The notes: generated from the sequence alone by a model not told the origin. 64,000 nucleotides of DNA from an uncultured Desulfospira sp. (GCA_963663165.1 OY760175.1:4544001-4608000); one strand, 5' to 3'; counted from the first letter of the stretch, positions 9,594 to 24,500 are shown. Numbers and translations: made by a program.

Positions 9594-12500
9594 CTACCAT
9601 TTTATTTTCCCGCATCCCCCTGCTTTACAGGATGCCCCCATGTCAATACCGGTAATACCGGCACTGCCCCCCCCGGAGCAGCTGACGGTTGGCGGCCCGG
9701 GTGGAAAGGGCGGGAACTTAAGGCTTATCCCGCAGCTTAATCCGGGTATGGAACATTCAGCTTTTAATTCAAGTTCCCCCTCGGTTCCCTTTGGACAGCA
9801 ATCGCTGGAGTCAAGGCCTAAATAAATTTTTATTGAAGGCGGATCAATGCCGCCGCAGGCCATCAGACAGACCTCCAGAACATGCATGCTTTCCATCTGT
9901 CTGGTTTCACAATTACAGCACTTGGCAAGCCCGGCTTTTCCTGAAGCTTCTATGCCGACAGCCCCGAGGATGGGAATGCATCCGGTGGAAACTTCCACGC
10001 CAAGGCCGATACTCAGTGTTCCAAAGGGGTCAATTTTATTGATGGGATTGGCATCTGCGTATACATAATAGTTGATATCAATATCGTTATATCCCTGTAT
10101 GCAGGACTGGCTGGTCTGATATTTTCCGGCATTGGGCCGGTTGCCCAGCCCAAGGGGATCGGCCTGAATGTACCGGCCTGCGGCAGGATCATAATATCTG
10201 TGCCGGTTATAGTGCAGGCCCGACTCTTCATCAAGATACTGGCCCGGCAGCCTCAAGTTGTTGACAAGGGTTGAACCGGCATCCACCTGGGCCTGGCCGT
10301 AGGCATCATAGGTTGCCGACCAGACTACGCCACCGGATACGTCTGTGATTTTAACCGGTTTTTTCAGGCGGTCGGTGTGATAAAAATAGGTGCTGGTTCC
10401 GGATTTAATAAAGACCGGGTTATTTGAATTCACTGTCACGGGAGAATACCCGTAAGCCCGGATCAGCTCCCCTGCTTCATCAAACTCTGCCACAAGCCCT
10501 TCTTCGGCGTAGATGAAATAGGTTTTTGTTCCGTTCACCTCTTTCCACGTGCGGCGGCCAAAGGGATCATAACCGTAGGCGGCAATCGGTGTCTGAGTGC
10601 CTCCTGAATCCAGGTCAATCCGGATTAACCGGTCTTCGTGGTCATAGGTGTAGTTGAACGTCTGTGATCCGGTTGTTTTGGAAATCATGTTTCCATTGAG
10701 GTCATAGGTGAATTCTGCATCACCGGTGGAGAGCAGCTGGTCATTCTCATTATATGTCCAGTCTGCCGTTGCGCCGGTTTGTGACAGCCGGTTGCCCATG
10801 TGGTCAAAGGTATAGCTGACCGCCCCGCCGGATGAATCGTCAACGCCGGTCAGCCGGTATTGTTGATCATAATCATAGGTGACGGTTCCGGTTAAGGTGG
10901 TTACCGAGGTGACATTGTCTTCATTGTCGTACACAAACGCCTGGTCCATGAGTGTATTATCCCCCGGGTCTTTGGTGGTGATGGATCCGGGGCGGTAGAA
11001 ATCATCATATTCAAATTCGCGCAGGGTGCCTCCGGGCAGCAGGATGCTGTCGGGTTCATTCCACGCATAAGCGTTGTAGGAGACGGTTCCCACACCCGGA
11101 ATGGAAATGGTGCCAATCTTGTTGTCCTCGGTATAGGTGTATTCATAGAGGGTCCCGTCAGGCGCCGTAAAGCTTTTTTTCAGGCCGTTTTTGTAATATT
11201 CATAAGCCCAGGTTTTGGTAAAATCATTGCAGGTTATGGTTTCGCTGATTTTTCTCTGGGACAGGTCATATTCGTACTGGGCCGAAAATTCACCATCGTT
11301 ATATTCCGTCAGCTTACCGGTTTCATTGTAGGCAAAGGCAATGGTTTTATCCGGGGTATCCGGATCCTGGCTTGCGGCAGTGGCGCTCGCATAATAACGG
11401 ATTTCTTCAAGTTTATTGACCTTGTTGTAGTCATATTGGGTGATCCTGCCTTGGGCATCCATCCTCCGGGTCAGATTGCCGTTTTCATCGTAATCATAAA
11501 CGGTTTCCTGCCCCTCAGGCCGGGTTTCCTTGATCAAACGGTTATTCCGGTCATATTCAAAGGCGGTGGTATGCCCGTTGGCATCGGTTAAACTGAGCAT
11601 GTTTTTGCGTTTATCATAGGTATAGCTGATACCGGTGCCGTCGGGCCGGATCTCCTTTACCTTCCGGTTGATATCATCAAATTCAACGGTATGGGTAACC
11701 CCGTTCATATCGGTTTGATCCGTGATATTGCCCATGATGTCATAGCTGGTGGACCGTTCATGGGTTGTTGCCCCGCCATCAAGTTCATATAGTTCCTGAA
11801 TTTTTCTTCCCAGGCTGTCATAGACATGGCGCACATCCATTGTGGGATACCGGATTACAGAAGGCTTATCAAGGCCGCCATTAGAGCAGGCGGTGCATCC
11901 TGCCGCAGAATTTTCATCGTATTCATATGTAATTTGTTTCCCGGCCGAGTTGCCTTGTGAAATCAGTCTGCCAAGGCCGTCATATTCATAAACAAGAAAA
12001 CTGCCCTCGGCGTCCGTCTCCTGCAGGACTTTTCCTTCAAAGTCACGTTCATAGACCGTTGTGTTCCCCATGGGGTCGGTCTGGGAAAGCTTGCGGTTAT
12101 TGGCATCATAGGTGTATTCATAAACACCGCCCATGGCATCGGTCACCGATACCCGGTTTCCGGCGGCATTATATTCATAACGGGTGACATTGCCTAAAGG
12201 ATCGGTTTGGGTCTCCATGTTGCCCGCATCATCATAGGTAAATGTCCAGGTGTTGCCCCGGGGATCCTCCTGGGTCAGCTTCATTCCTAAATTGTTGTAT
12301 GTATAGGTTGTGGTGTTCCCTTCAGGATCCGTCTTTGAGACCATATTGCCGTAGTCATCGTAGACCATGGTTATCTCGCTTTCAAGTGTGTTGTCATCAC
12401 CTGCAATGGTCTGGGTCAGCTGGTTGCCGTTGTCGTCATAGGTATACTGATAAACAATCTCATTGTCCGTTCCCGGGGCCAGAATCCGTTGGGTCATATT

Positions 12501-15500
12501 GCCGTTTTCATCATATTCATATGTGATCTGAGTGCCGTTTCTCTGGATCCGCCGGACCAGTAACTGGGTGTCCGGATCATATTCGCTGACTTCATAAGAA
12601 TCGTCGGGATAGGTTTTCTTGATCAATTGGCCCCATTCATCAAATTCATAAATCGTTGTGTACCCGCGTTCATCAGTTTTATACTGTTTCCGGTTCTCGT
12701 AAATATTCTCTTCAATGGTAATTCCGTTAAGGTCTATACGGGTCACCCGTCCTTTTTCATCATACCAGGTCTCCTGTACCCGGCCGTTTGCATAGGTGAT
12801 CATGTTGTACCGCTCGTTTGCGGCATCGTTCTGGGCGTAGCTGTATTCTGTGCGGTTGCCGTCAGCGTCAATAACGGCTGAGACCCATCCAAAGGTGTTG
12901 TATTCAATCTCCAGGGCCCGGCCGATCTGATCGGTTTTGGAGGTCATCCGGCCATCGGTATCGTAGGTATAGCTGAACTCGTTTCCAAGAAGGTCGGTCA
13001 CCTGTGTCAGGTGGCCGTCGGTATACTGGTAGGAGACTTGCCGGGCGTCACCGGAATCCGAGTCTTTGGCAAGCACCACCTGCCCATCCGAGTTATACTC
13101 ATACCAGAGGACGATATCCTGATTTTTATCCAAAACATGGGTCAGAAGGTCGGGATTATCCTCATCGTAACCATAGGTGAAGTTGGTTTGATCCTGGTTC
13201 CCCCTGAATAAAATCCGGCCCTCCGTGTCATATTGGACCCAGTTGCCGATCCGGTCTTTCCATAAATAGCCGTCGCTGTCCCTGTAAATATGTTTGATTT
13301 TATTGAAGGTGTAAACCGTTCCGGCGGTGTCGGATTTCTCGTAATCCACCCCGTCTTTGGTAATGCTTTCCGGCGTTGAGGAATCAACTTTATAATTAAA
13401 GGTCAGCTCTGCACCGTTGTTTTCAAAATGCCATGCCTGATTATAGAAAAATCTTCTGACGATCAGGACATCCCCGGGGATTTTCAAAAACATATCAATG
13501 ACGTCGTCTTCATAATCTCCGTTCATCAGGTTGACATAGCTTCCGACCCGTGCGCGGGCGCTGGCTTTGCAGCATTCGTCAAACACTTCGCAGACCGCTA
13601 TGGGGGCACAGACCACCCCGTCGGCCGTCACCCCCGATGGGGTATAGGACCCGGTGTAGGTCCCGCCCCCGCCGCCGCCGCTGGTCCCGCCCCCGCTGCT
13701 GGTCCCGCCGCCGCCGCTGCCGCCGCCGGAAACAATGGCATATGTGCCGCCGGAGCAGTCGCCGCCGACCCAGGTAAACCCGGAGCATACAATATCTTCA
13801 TAATGGGTTCCGTTGGAACAGACGTAGAGATACCACAAACAGGTTTTGTCCGAGTAAGTGACGCAATCCCCCCCGGCACCGTCATCGCCGCCGGTCAGGC
13901 TGGCAAGGCAGGTCACCCGGTAGGGCACCGTGATGGACTCCTTGGCCTCAATGGTGTCCGGGACACTGGCCAGAAGTTCATATTTAAAGTATTCGCTGGA
14001 GTCGGGTAAAGAGAATTCAATCTCTTCGGCCCGGATCAGCCCGTAATTGGTAAACCGGATTTCTCCAGTCAGGACATCCCCGGGTTCCATGTCCGGCAGG
14101 GAAATGGAAGCCGGTTCAGCCACCACCACGGCGGCCGGGACATCGGTCTCATAGGTGGCGGTCAGGACAATCTCGTATTTATCTTCAATGGTGGTTTCGG
14201 TAACCGTCCACTCCACAGAGACCAGGTTGTATCCCATGAACACGTCTTCGGTGACAGTGATGCCCGGCTTGATCCAGATCCTTCCGGTGACCTGGTCGTG
14301 GTTATCCGCCGTTAGATAATACTTATACCGGCCTGTGGGCAGATCCGACAACCAGATTTCACCGTTTTTGTCGGTTTTTGCCGTGTAGGATACACTGGTG
14401 ACATTTTCATTCTGCAACGACAGGGACGCCCCGGAAAGGCCCTGAATCATCTCCCCTGTGTCTTCGTCAATGGTGGCCGTGTAAATATCCGACACCTTGA
14501 ACAGGACGTTGCCGATCCCTGAATCGGTCACCGCCACATGGACCAGAATACGGTCCGCCTCATAGTTGGCACCGCTGACCTGAACATAGAAGGCGTAGTC
14601 CCCTTCTGAAACAGCGGATTCAGTGGGATAGAAAAGCAGGGTTAAGTCCACGCTTTCACCGATCTCAATGGACTCCTGATCCGAGGGCAGGTTCAACACG
14701 GCCCAGGACGGGGCCTCTGATCCGTCGGCGTTCACCAGTGTCACAGACAGGTCGGTAAGTTCTGCAAAGCCTTTGTTTTTAAGGGTTAAGGTTTCCGATG
14801 TGCTTTCATTCAGGGCCAGGCCGGTTTCAATATAACCGGGTGAGTATGACAGCGACGGGCCGGCATCGGCATCATCGGTGGCAAGGCAGTTGACATTGAC
14901 GGTGAGGGTTCCTAAGTCTCCATCGCCGGTTTCATCACTGACCAGGCGCAGCACAAGGGAGGCATTCCCATCGGCTGCATTATCGGCCCATACGGTGATG
15001 GGCAGGGTGGTTCTTTCATTGGCAAAAAGGCTTTCGACAGGGTCACCGGTCTCCACATAAATGCCCGTTGGGAAGACGCCACCATCCTGGTCCGCTGCCT
15101 CATAGACAAATCCAAGACCGGACGCCTGGGCCAGGCTGCCGGCGGTAGCGGTGACCACAATCTCATACTCGTAGTTTCGAATCGCCGTAAGATTGTAAAT
15201 GGCCGGTGAAAAACTGATCAGGCTGTCGTTGGGATTATTGATGGTGAAGCTGCCGTGAGCCGGACGGTCGGTCCGGTCCGGATGAATGGCGCAAACCTCG
15301 TAATCCCCATACTCCCCTTGTCTGGGCTCAAAGGCATAGGTAAAGGTGCCGTCGCTGCCGGTAAAGACATCCACGCTTCTTTCGAATCCGTTTATGGTGA
15401 TGAACAGGGTCAAGGGCACGTCGGCCAGGGGATCACCGTCACCGCGGTCCACGGCCTGGCCGGTAATTTCAATATCCTGGTCCCCGGTAGAGGTTTCAGG

Positions 15501-18500
15501 GGTAATGCTTGAAATCTCTCCATAGTAAGCCGTGTCAATCAGGGTGATATCCCGTTTTGTCCGCACCCCGCTCATCTCGACTTCATTGTCTTCTCCCAGG
15601 GCATAGTAAATGCGGTTGATTCTCAGGACCAGGGTCATCTCATCGGGGGCATCTGAAGGCACGGTAATGCTCATGGGCCGGGACTCAAATGTTTCCCCCG
15701 GCCCGATTCGGGCCACGGTACGGCCCGAGGCCAGCGTCACCACATTGGGGCCCAAATTCTGGGTATAGGTTCCCGTGGAAAGGGTGTTGCCTTCTCCATC
15801 GTTGAGATACAGGGTGATGTCAGCGGAGGCTTTGCTGCCGGGTTCCGCCGTGACCATTTCAATTTGTTCATCCCCGGTGTTTTCCAGGGTAAAGACGATT
15901 TCTCCTGAGGTGCTGCGGACAAACTCATCATTGGTAAAGGAAAGCTTGAGCATGCCGGTGCCCACCGAAATGTCACTGGTTGTGGCGATCCGGACGGTTT
16001 CCCCGTCATTGGGCGTGATCTGGATCACGGTTTCAATGGATGAGGTATCCGGCAGATCACTGTATCCGCCAATGACCACGGGCACGGTCAGGGATTCGCC
16101 GCCCCCCAGGTCAAAGGAGGATGAAACGTGTTCATGGCTTTCAACGGTGACCTTTAACACGGCATCTTCCACAGCCGTGGTGCCGCTGTTGGTCACCGTG
16201 TATTCCAGGCGGTTCATGAGCCCGCGTTTCAGGCCGGTTCCTTCGGGAAGGACGGCGCTTAAGGCGGGCAGGACAATGCTTCGGCCAAGGCTTTCCTTAT
16301 TTTCTGAATTCACGGCAATGACGGTATACCGCCGGTCATTGCCGTCAAATCCCGTGTCTTCATAGGGGGAGCCGGCCAGCAGGGCTGTGTTGAGCCGGGT
16401 GGTGCCGCCTTCGGGTCCCAGTTCAATATGGTACCCGCTGATACTGGTGCTGGAATGGGTCCAGGAAATGACGGGGCTGTCGTCATCCGTTTGGACCACG
16501 CTCAGCTCATCTACGGGCAGCAGTGCAAAATCAAGGTAGGCAGGGTCGCTGGGAGCCGATTCATTGCCCACCTGATCCACGGCCGTGACCACATAGTAAT
16601 GCCGGTCTTCGGATGGCTTTGTATCAATGGCGGTGGCCACCTCAATACCGGTGCGTACGGGTGTCAGGCCTTCTATGGAAGTGATGCCGGCGTTATCGGT
16701 CCGGTACAGGGAATAGGTCATGTCTTCGGTATCGGCCGGTGCGGTCCAGGTGGCCTGGATCCCCTGGGCGGTCAACGTCAGGGCAAGACCCGTTGGGACC
16801 CCGGGGGCTGTGCTGTCGGATACCACTTCAACGGATGCGCTCCGGCCGCTTTCGGCGGTTTCCTGGTTTTCTGTGCGCAGGCTGGCAATGGCATAAGTAT
16901 AGGTGCCGTCTGCCCCGGGATTACAGGTGTATTCAGTAACGGTATCCAGGTTGGCCAACGCCTGCCATTCACCCGGTACCTGCTGGTAAAGCACATATCC
17001 CACCGCCTGATCCACGGCATCCCAGGTCAGCCGGATTTCTCCTGCCGGCAGGGAAACCCCGGCAAGGCCGGTGGGGGCTGCCAGAGGCGGCAGACTGCCC
17101 TGATAGATCTGGAAGGCATTGTCTGCGGTGATCTCATCGGAAGTATTGTCCAGATCGTCCACGGCTGAATAGATGAATTCCAGGGTTTCGGCGGTTTCAA
17201 AACCGGCATCCGCGGGCAGGGTGAACACGGCCTGCCAGGTTTCGGCATGGCCGTCTGCTGTTTCGATACGAGTGATATCAGTGGTATCGATTTCCACAGG
17301 CTCCCGGCCTTCTTTGGAAAGCTGATAAGACAATGCCGGGGTCTCCCCGTCTTTGACCGCTTCAGAAAGGCCCAGCACAACCGTTATCGCTACGGGATCG
17401 GTTTCATCGTTCTGTACAGGGGCCGCAGGGGTAATCTTTATGTCGATAAGGGCGGGCCCCTCGGTGTCAATTTCCACGGTATCGCCCGAAGCAATGGTAT
17501 CGCCCCGGTTTCCGGCCTCGTCCCTGGCCGAGAATACGGCATAAGCCGTGCCTGTGGGGGTGTTCTCATCAATGACAAACACGCCGGTGTAAGTCAGTTC
17601 TGATTCCTGATCCAGGTCTATGGTCATGGGAACGGCCCCCACGGGGTTGATGCTCAGGAAGGGGGTGGTCACCAGGGGTTCGCTTACCGTAAGGGTCACA
17701 TAAACAATCCCGGTTCCCATACGGCCGGTAGTGGTCTCATAATGCTCTTCCGGTGAGTATTCAATGGCCGCCTGGGGGGCCACCCGGTCGGAAATACCGG
17801 ACACCGTGGCGGACAGGGCGCTCTCATTTTCCGCATAATCCACGGCTGTAATGCCGTAATAATATTCCCCGTCTTCATCGGGAAGGTCTTTATAGGTTAA
17901 AGCTGTGATCAGGGATGAGTTAAGCTTTGTTCCCTGGCCGACAGCTGTGAATGTTGTGGCGGACCGGTACAGGTTATAGCCCTGGACCGTGGTATCAAGG
18001 GGCTTGCTCCAGGTTAAGGTAATGACGCCTGAGGCACCGGAATTTGCCTTAAGGTGGGAGGGGCTGTCCGGGATGCTGGTATCTAATTTGACGGTAACGG
18101 CGGTACTCTTAACGCTTTCTCCGGTCCGGTTTTCGGCCGTGGCCTCAAGGGTGTTCTCGTCTTCTGCAAGGGTTACCAAAAGACTGAATTTGCCCTTGGC
18201 ATCGGCTGTGGTTTCATTGCCCGCGGCCGACCCGTTTATGTAAACCTTGATACCGGCAAGCTTCTGGGCCGTTCCCGACACGGTAATATCGGCCTCGTTA
18301 ACCATCTCTCCATTGGAAGGGCTGGTGATTACCGGTGCCGGCGGAAGGGCTAAGGCAACGGTAACGGTATAAGAGGCCGTGGTGGTGTTGCCAAGGGTGT
18401 CGTAGGCGGTAATCTGAACGGTATATGGCCCGTCGTCAACGGACAGAATATCCCACTGGCAGGCGTAATCCGATCCGCTGGTATCGGAATAAGTGGTCCC

Positions 18501-21500
18501 GGCAATTAAAAATTCAACCCGGGAGACACCGGTTTCATCGGTTGCATTGCAGCTGATGGTGGCCGTGCTGTTTACGGTTGTGACGTCGGCAATGGCAGTG
18601 CCATTCAGGGTGATGTTGGAAATGACGGGCCCGAGCGTATCTGCCCTGGGAGTGCCTGAAACCGTATTGATGCTTTCCTGATCTTCCCCGCCGGACAGGT
18701 TCACCGTTGTCACGGCAAAATGATAGGTTGTGCCGTTGGTCAGCCCTGCAACACTGATACTGGTTCCGGTAGTGGTCAAAACCGGAGACATGCCCTCAAC
18801 ACTGGTAAAAGGATCTGTGCTTTTATAAATACGGTAATTTTTAACGTATTCAGTCGGCAGAACCGCATTCCAGGAAAGGGTTACCCTGCCACTGAGGGCT
18901 TCCACTGATGGGGTACCCGGATTCTTCATAACCGTATATCCGGTAATGGAAACCCCGGAACTTTCATTGCCGTTGGTATCTACAGCCGTGATTTTAAACA
19001 GGTAAGCCTTTGACGATGTAAGACCGGTCGCTTCATACTGGTTCGACTGGTCAAGCTGGGTCGAATCATAAGAAATCTCTACCCCGTCGCCACCATCAAA
19101 ATAGATCATGTAATGGTGTAGATCCCCCATGGTATTTACAGAGTGATTCCAGGTAAAGGTCAAGCTGTCGGCACCGCTTTGAACCGCAAGGTTGGTCACA
19201 TTTTCAGGGGCAGTTTGAATGGTAAAGGTCCGGGTCGCCGGGGTAGGGTCTTCATTCCCCGAATAATCCATGGCCTTGACCCTGAAAACATGTTCCCCGT
19301 CTTCAAGTCCGGTATACTGGATGTTGGTGTCCGACGAATATTCGGACCATTCCCCGTCATCGAGCTGGACGGCATAGGTCAGTTGCCATTGGACATTATC
19401 CACAGCCGTCCAGGTAAAGCCGGCCGTGCTGTCGTAAACAATCCCGCCATCCGAAGGCCCGGATGAAACGGTGGTTTCCGGAGGCTCGGTATCCAGCAAT
19501 GTGGTAAATGAGGTTTCAACAGAGTAATCGCTCCAGCTGCCCCGGCTGTCCTTGTACCGCACCTGCCAGTAATAGGTGGTGCCCAATTCAAGGGTCCCGT
19601 AGGACAGGGTGATGCTGGTCAGGTCCGTGGTGGTCTCTTCATAAAACACAGGGTCATCATAGGTGCCGTCAGATGACCGGACCTGCCATTGGGTGGTGGT
19701 ATGGGTATCGTCCGTATCACTGTCGTTAAAATCCGAAGCCGTCAAGGTCACATAAGGGTTGACCGAGTCATCGCCATTTGCCGGGGCCAGGTTTTCAGGT
19801 TGCTCGGGAAGGTTGTTTTCAAAGGTAACGGTGATGGTATCGGCATCACTTTCCAGTGAAGATTCATCCAGGCCGGTAACACTGAAGAGATTCTCTCCTA
19901 TGGAAAGCTCGGTCTTATAGGTCCAGGTCGTATACCCCGCCGTATAAGTTACCCCTTCTTCAGAACCATTGACCAAAATAGAGGCCGTATCTTCCGAGCA
20001 GGTCCCTTCCAGAATAAAAGTGGATAGCTGAACCGTCATGTCACCGCCCCCATTGGTGGCGATGACAGGAGCCCCTTCCGGCGTGGTGTCCCGGGTAATG
20101 GTGATTAAAGTCCGGCCGCTTTCATCGTTGCTGCCGTCTATGGCCTGGACATAAAAGTAGTTATACCCTTCTGTTAGAGAAACCAGGCATAGCCAGGTTG
20201 TCTCTCCGGGCGTATAGGTAACATCTGTTGACGTGTCGTTCACCAGAACCTGATGGGTTCCAGTGGGGCAGGTCCCTTCTATTACAAAGCTGGTTTCAGC
20301 GGTTGTGAGATTGACGCCGTTATTGGTTGTAATGATCGGGTTGGCCACGGATGGAACATATATTGTACCCACGTCACCACTGTTATAGCCGGTACCGCCT
20401 GCAACGGTGACGTTTGCTGTAAGGAAAGTTTCCGAAGGGGGTGTCAAAAAATAGTTGAACGCAATTCTTCCGCCGCCACCACCACCGCCATCATTAATGG
20501 TATAAGCATTTCCGCCTTTTGCTGAGATTATTCCTGATCCGGTTATCTCACCTGCTGTTATATAAACCGATCCACCAGAGCCGCCGCCCGAGGCATGAGT
20601 ATAATTATTATAACCGCCACTGCCGTCGGCATGAATATCTCCATCCAGAATCAGAACACCACCTACGGTTAATTTTAGTGCCCCGCCGCCACTGCCGCCT
20701 TTAAAATTGTTGTTATAGCTGTCGCCACCACCGCTGCCCAGAGCTGTGGGTTCGGTTTCACTTCCATAGAATGAACCACCGGCGGCATATTGTGAATTTC
20801 CGCCACTGCCGCCATACCCGGCGCCGCCGGCATCATTATAGTTGTCTTCCCCCTGCCCGGGGCCCTCTGATCCGGCATACCCCCGTTTGCTGACGTCAAT
20901 GCTCGAATTCAATTCAATATGCATGCTGCCGGTTACCATCAGATCCAGGGCATACTCCCGGTCACGGCTGTTGGCCGGGTGGGTAACCGTTGTATTGTCG
21001 CTGATGGCCAGGCCGGCCATGGAAAACGATCCGGTCTGTTCCAGGACAATCTGTCCACCGCCATGGAGACTGACATCACCATAGTTACCGTAAATCGGTG
21101 TTATACCGCCCTGGCTGGTGTTGTTTAAAATTTGCAGAGTCCCGACGTCATCAGCTGAGGATTTCAAATAGATGGTACCGGTACCGCCAACCTGATACCC
21201 TGATCCCCCATAGGCAGAAAGTTTAATCCTTGAATCAAGAGTATTATAATAAACGGCGACTCTTCCCCCGCCCCCGCCCCCGCCGTCATTTGAGGTGTAA
21301 GCATTCCCGCCGTCCGCTGTGATACGGCCTGATCCCGATATCGTTTTGGCAATGATATAAATTGAACCGCCGGAACCGCCGCCCGAGGCATGAGTGTAGT
21401 TGCTAAAACCGGCACCCCCGTCAGCATAGATGCCGCCTTCCAGGGTCAGAGTACCGTCTATGGTCAGCTTAATGGCGCCACCGCCACTGCCGCCTTTGTA

Positions 21501-24500
21501 ACTGGTATCATAGCTATTGCCGCCGCCACTGCCCAGAACCATGGGGGCAGTGATGCTTCCATAACTTGCACCCCCATTGGTGAAAGAAGAACTGCCGCCG
21601 GTACCGCCGTGACCGGCACCTCCTGAATCATTGTAGTTGTCCGTTCCCCGGCCGGGTCCTTGTCCGCCGGGATATCCTTTTTCGCTGATGTCAATGCTGG
21701 AGCCTGATTCAATAAACATATCCCCGGCTATGGCCAGATCCAGGGTATATACCTGCGCACTACTGTTGGCCCGGTGGGTAACGGTTGTGTTTTCACTGAT
21801 TTCAAACGTGTCCATGGAAACGGAACCGGTTTGCTCCAGCACCACCTCGCCGCCTCCACGGACGATCACTTTGCCGTAGTCGCCGGAAACCGGGGTGATA
21901 CTCCCGCTGCTCGCGTTGTTGTCAACAACCAGATCTCCATTGGTGCTTTCTGATGATTTTAGATAAATGGTGCCTATACCGCCATATTCATACCCTGATC
22001 CGCCATATGCAGACATGGTAACGGTGGAATCAAGGGTGTTATAATATACTGCAATTCTTCCGCCACCACCGCCACCGCCTTCAATGCTGTATCCGTTGCC
22101 GCCGTCGGCCGTAATCACACCGGTTCCGGTTATGCTCCCCGCTGTTATATAAACCGATCCGCCTGATCCGCCGCCTGAGGCATAAGTGTAATCATTAGCG
22201 CCATTCCCACCGTCGGCATGAATACCGCCGTATAAGGATAGAGTACTGCCTATGGTCAGTTTTACGGCCCCGCCGCCGGCCCCGCCCTTATAGCTATAAC
22301 CGGTTCCGCAACTGTCGCCGCCGCCGCTGCCGAGCAGCGTCGGCTCAGTGATGCTCCCGTAACTTTCCCCTCCGGCCACACGCTCATCTTTAGAAATGCC
22401 GCCAATACCACCGTGGCCAGCGCCTCCTGCGTCCCTAGTGCTTTCAGTGCCCTGGCCCGGTCCTTGTGAGCCGGCATATCCTCTTGCCGTTACATTGATA
22501 TAGGAACCGGAGTCGACGGTCATGTTGCCGGTTATGGTTAAATCCAGGATAAAGGGTGATTCCGCTTCGGTGCTGTTGGACGGGTGGGTAACCGTTGTGT
22601 TTTCGCTGATGGTCAGGTTTGCCATGGAAAAAGCCCCGGTCTGTCTTAAAATGACCTCGCCGCCGCCGCGGATAATCACGTCATCATAGCTGCCTTCTAT
22701 CGGCGTTGTTACACCGGAGTAGCCGTTGTTGACAATATGCAGGTCGCCATTGACACTTTCCGGGGATTTCAGGTAGATGGTTCCGGTACCGCCGCGCCCG
22801 GCGCTATACCCTAATCCGCCGTAAGCTGACATGGTAATATCGGCTTCAGAATCAAAGGTGTTATAGTAAACCGCAATTCTTCCGCCGCTGCCGCCACCGC
22901 CGTCATCGGAGTATCCATCACCGCCGTCGGCTGTAATCACACCGGTTCCGGTTATGCTCCCCGCTGTTATATAAACCGATCCGCCTGATCCGCCGCCTGA
23001 GGCATAAGTATAGTCCGTATGTCCATTTCCACCGTCGGCATGAATGGCGCCGATTAAGTTAAGCGTACCGGTTATATCCAGCTTTACGACTCCGCCGCCG
23101 GCCCCGCCTTTATACCTGTAACCGGTGCCGCAGCTGTCACCGCCGCCGCTGCCGGGCAGTGTCGGCTCAGTGATGCTCCCGTAACTTTCCCCTCCGGCCA
23201 CACGCTCATCTTTAGAAATGCCGCCAATGCCGCCATGGCCTGCACCGCCTGCGTCCCTAGTGCTTTCTGAACCCTGGCCCGGTCCCTGCGAGCCGGCATA
23301 TCCTCTTGCCGTTACATTGATATAGGAACCGGAGTCGACGGTCATATTGCCGGTTACGGTTAAATCCAGGGTAAAGGGTGATTCCGCTTCGGCGCTGTTG
23401 GACGGGTGGGTAACCGTTGTGTTTTCGCTGATGGTCAGGTTGGCCATGGAAAAAGCCCCGGTCTGTCTTAAAATGACCTCGCCGCCGCCGCAGATAATCA
23501 CGTCATCATAGCTGCCTTCTATCGGCGTTGTTACACCGGAGTAGCTGTTGTTGACAATATGCAGGTGCCCATTGGCACTTTCCGGGGATTTCAGGTAGAT
23601 GGTTCCGGTACCGCCGCGCCCGGCGCTATGCCCTAATCCGCCGTAAGCTGACATGGTAATATCGGCTTCAGAATCAAAGGTGTTATAGTAAACCGCAATT
23701 CTTCCGCCGCTGCCGCCACCGCCGTCATCGGAGTATCCATCACCGCCGTCGGCTGTAATCACACCGGCTCCGGTTATGCTCCCCGCTGTTATATAAACCG
23801 ATCCGCCCGATCCGCCGCCTGAGGCATAAGTATAGTTAGTGGTGCCATTTCCGCCGTCGGCATGAATGGCGCCGTTTAAGTTAAGCGTACCGGTTATATC
23901 CAGCTTTACGACTCCGCCGCCGGCCCCGCCTTTATACCTGTAACCGGTGCCGCAGCTGTCACCGCCGCCGCTGCCGGGCCGCGTCGGCTCAGTGATGCTC
24001 CCGTAACTTTCCCCTCCGGCCGCACTCTCATCTCTAGAAATGCCGCCAATGCCGCCGTGGCCAGCGCCTCCTGCATCCCTAGTGCTTTCAGTGCCCTGGC
24101 CCGGTCCTTGCGAGCCGGCATATCCTCTTGCCGTTACATTGATATAGGAACCGGAGTCGACGGTCATATTGCCGGTTACGGTTAAATCCAGGGTAAAGGG
24201 TGATTCCGCTTCGGTGCTGTTGGACGGGTGGGTAACCGTTGTGTTTTCGCTGATGGTCAGGTTGGCCATGGAAAAAGCCCCGGTCTGTCTTAAAATGACC
24301 TCGCCGCCGCCGCAGATAATCACGTCATCATAGCTGCCTTCTATCGGCGTTGTTACACCGGAGTAGCTGTTGTTGACAATATGCAGGTGCCCACTGGCAC
24401 TTTCCGGGGATTTCAGGTAGATGGTTCCGGTACCGCCGCGCCCGGCGCTATACCCTAATCCGCCGTAGGCTGACATGGTAATATCGGCTTCAGGATCAAA

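Noticed and set aside
9640..10234. Small ORFs near the Rhs tip as possible immunity genes
   Set aside because: All lie within the giant CDS in other frames or antisense; no independent gene fits between 9570 and 9594.
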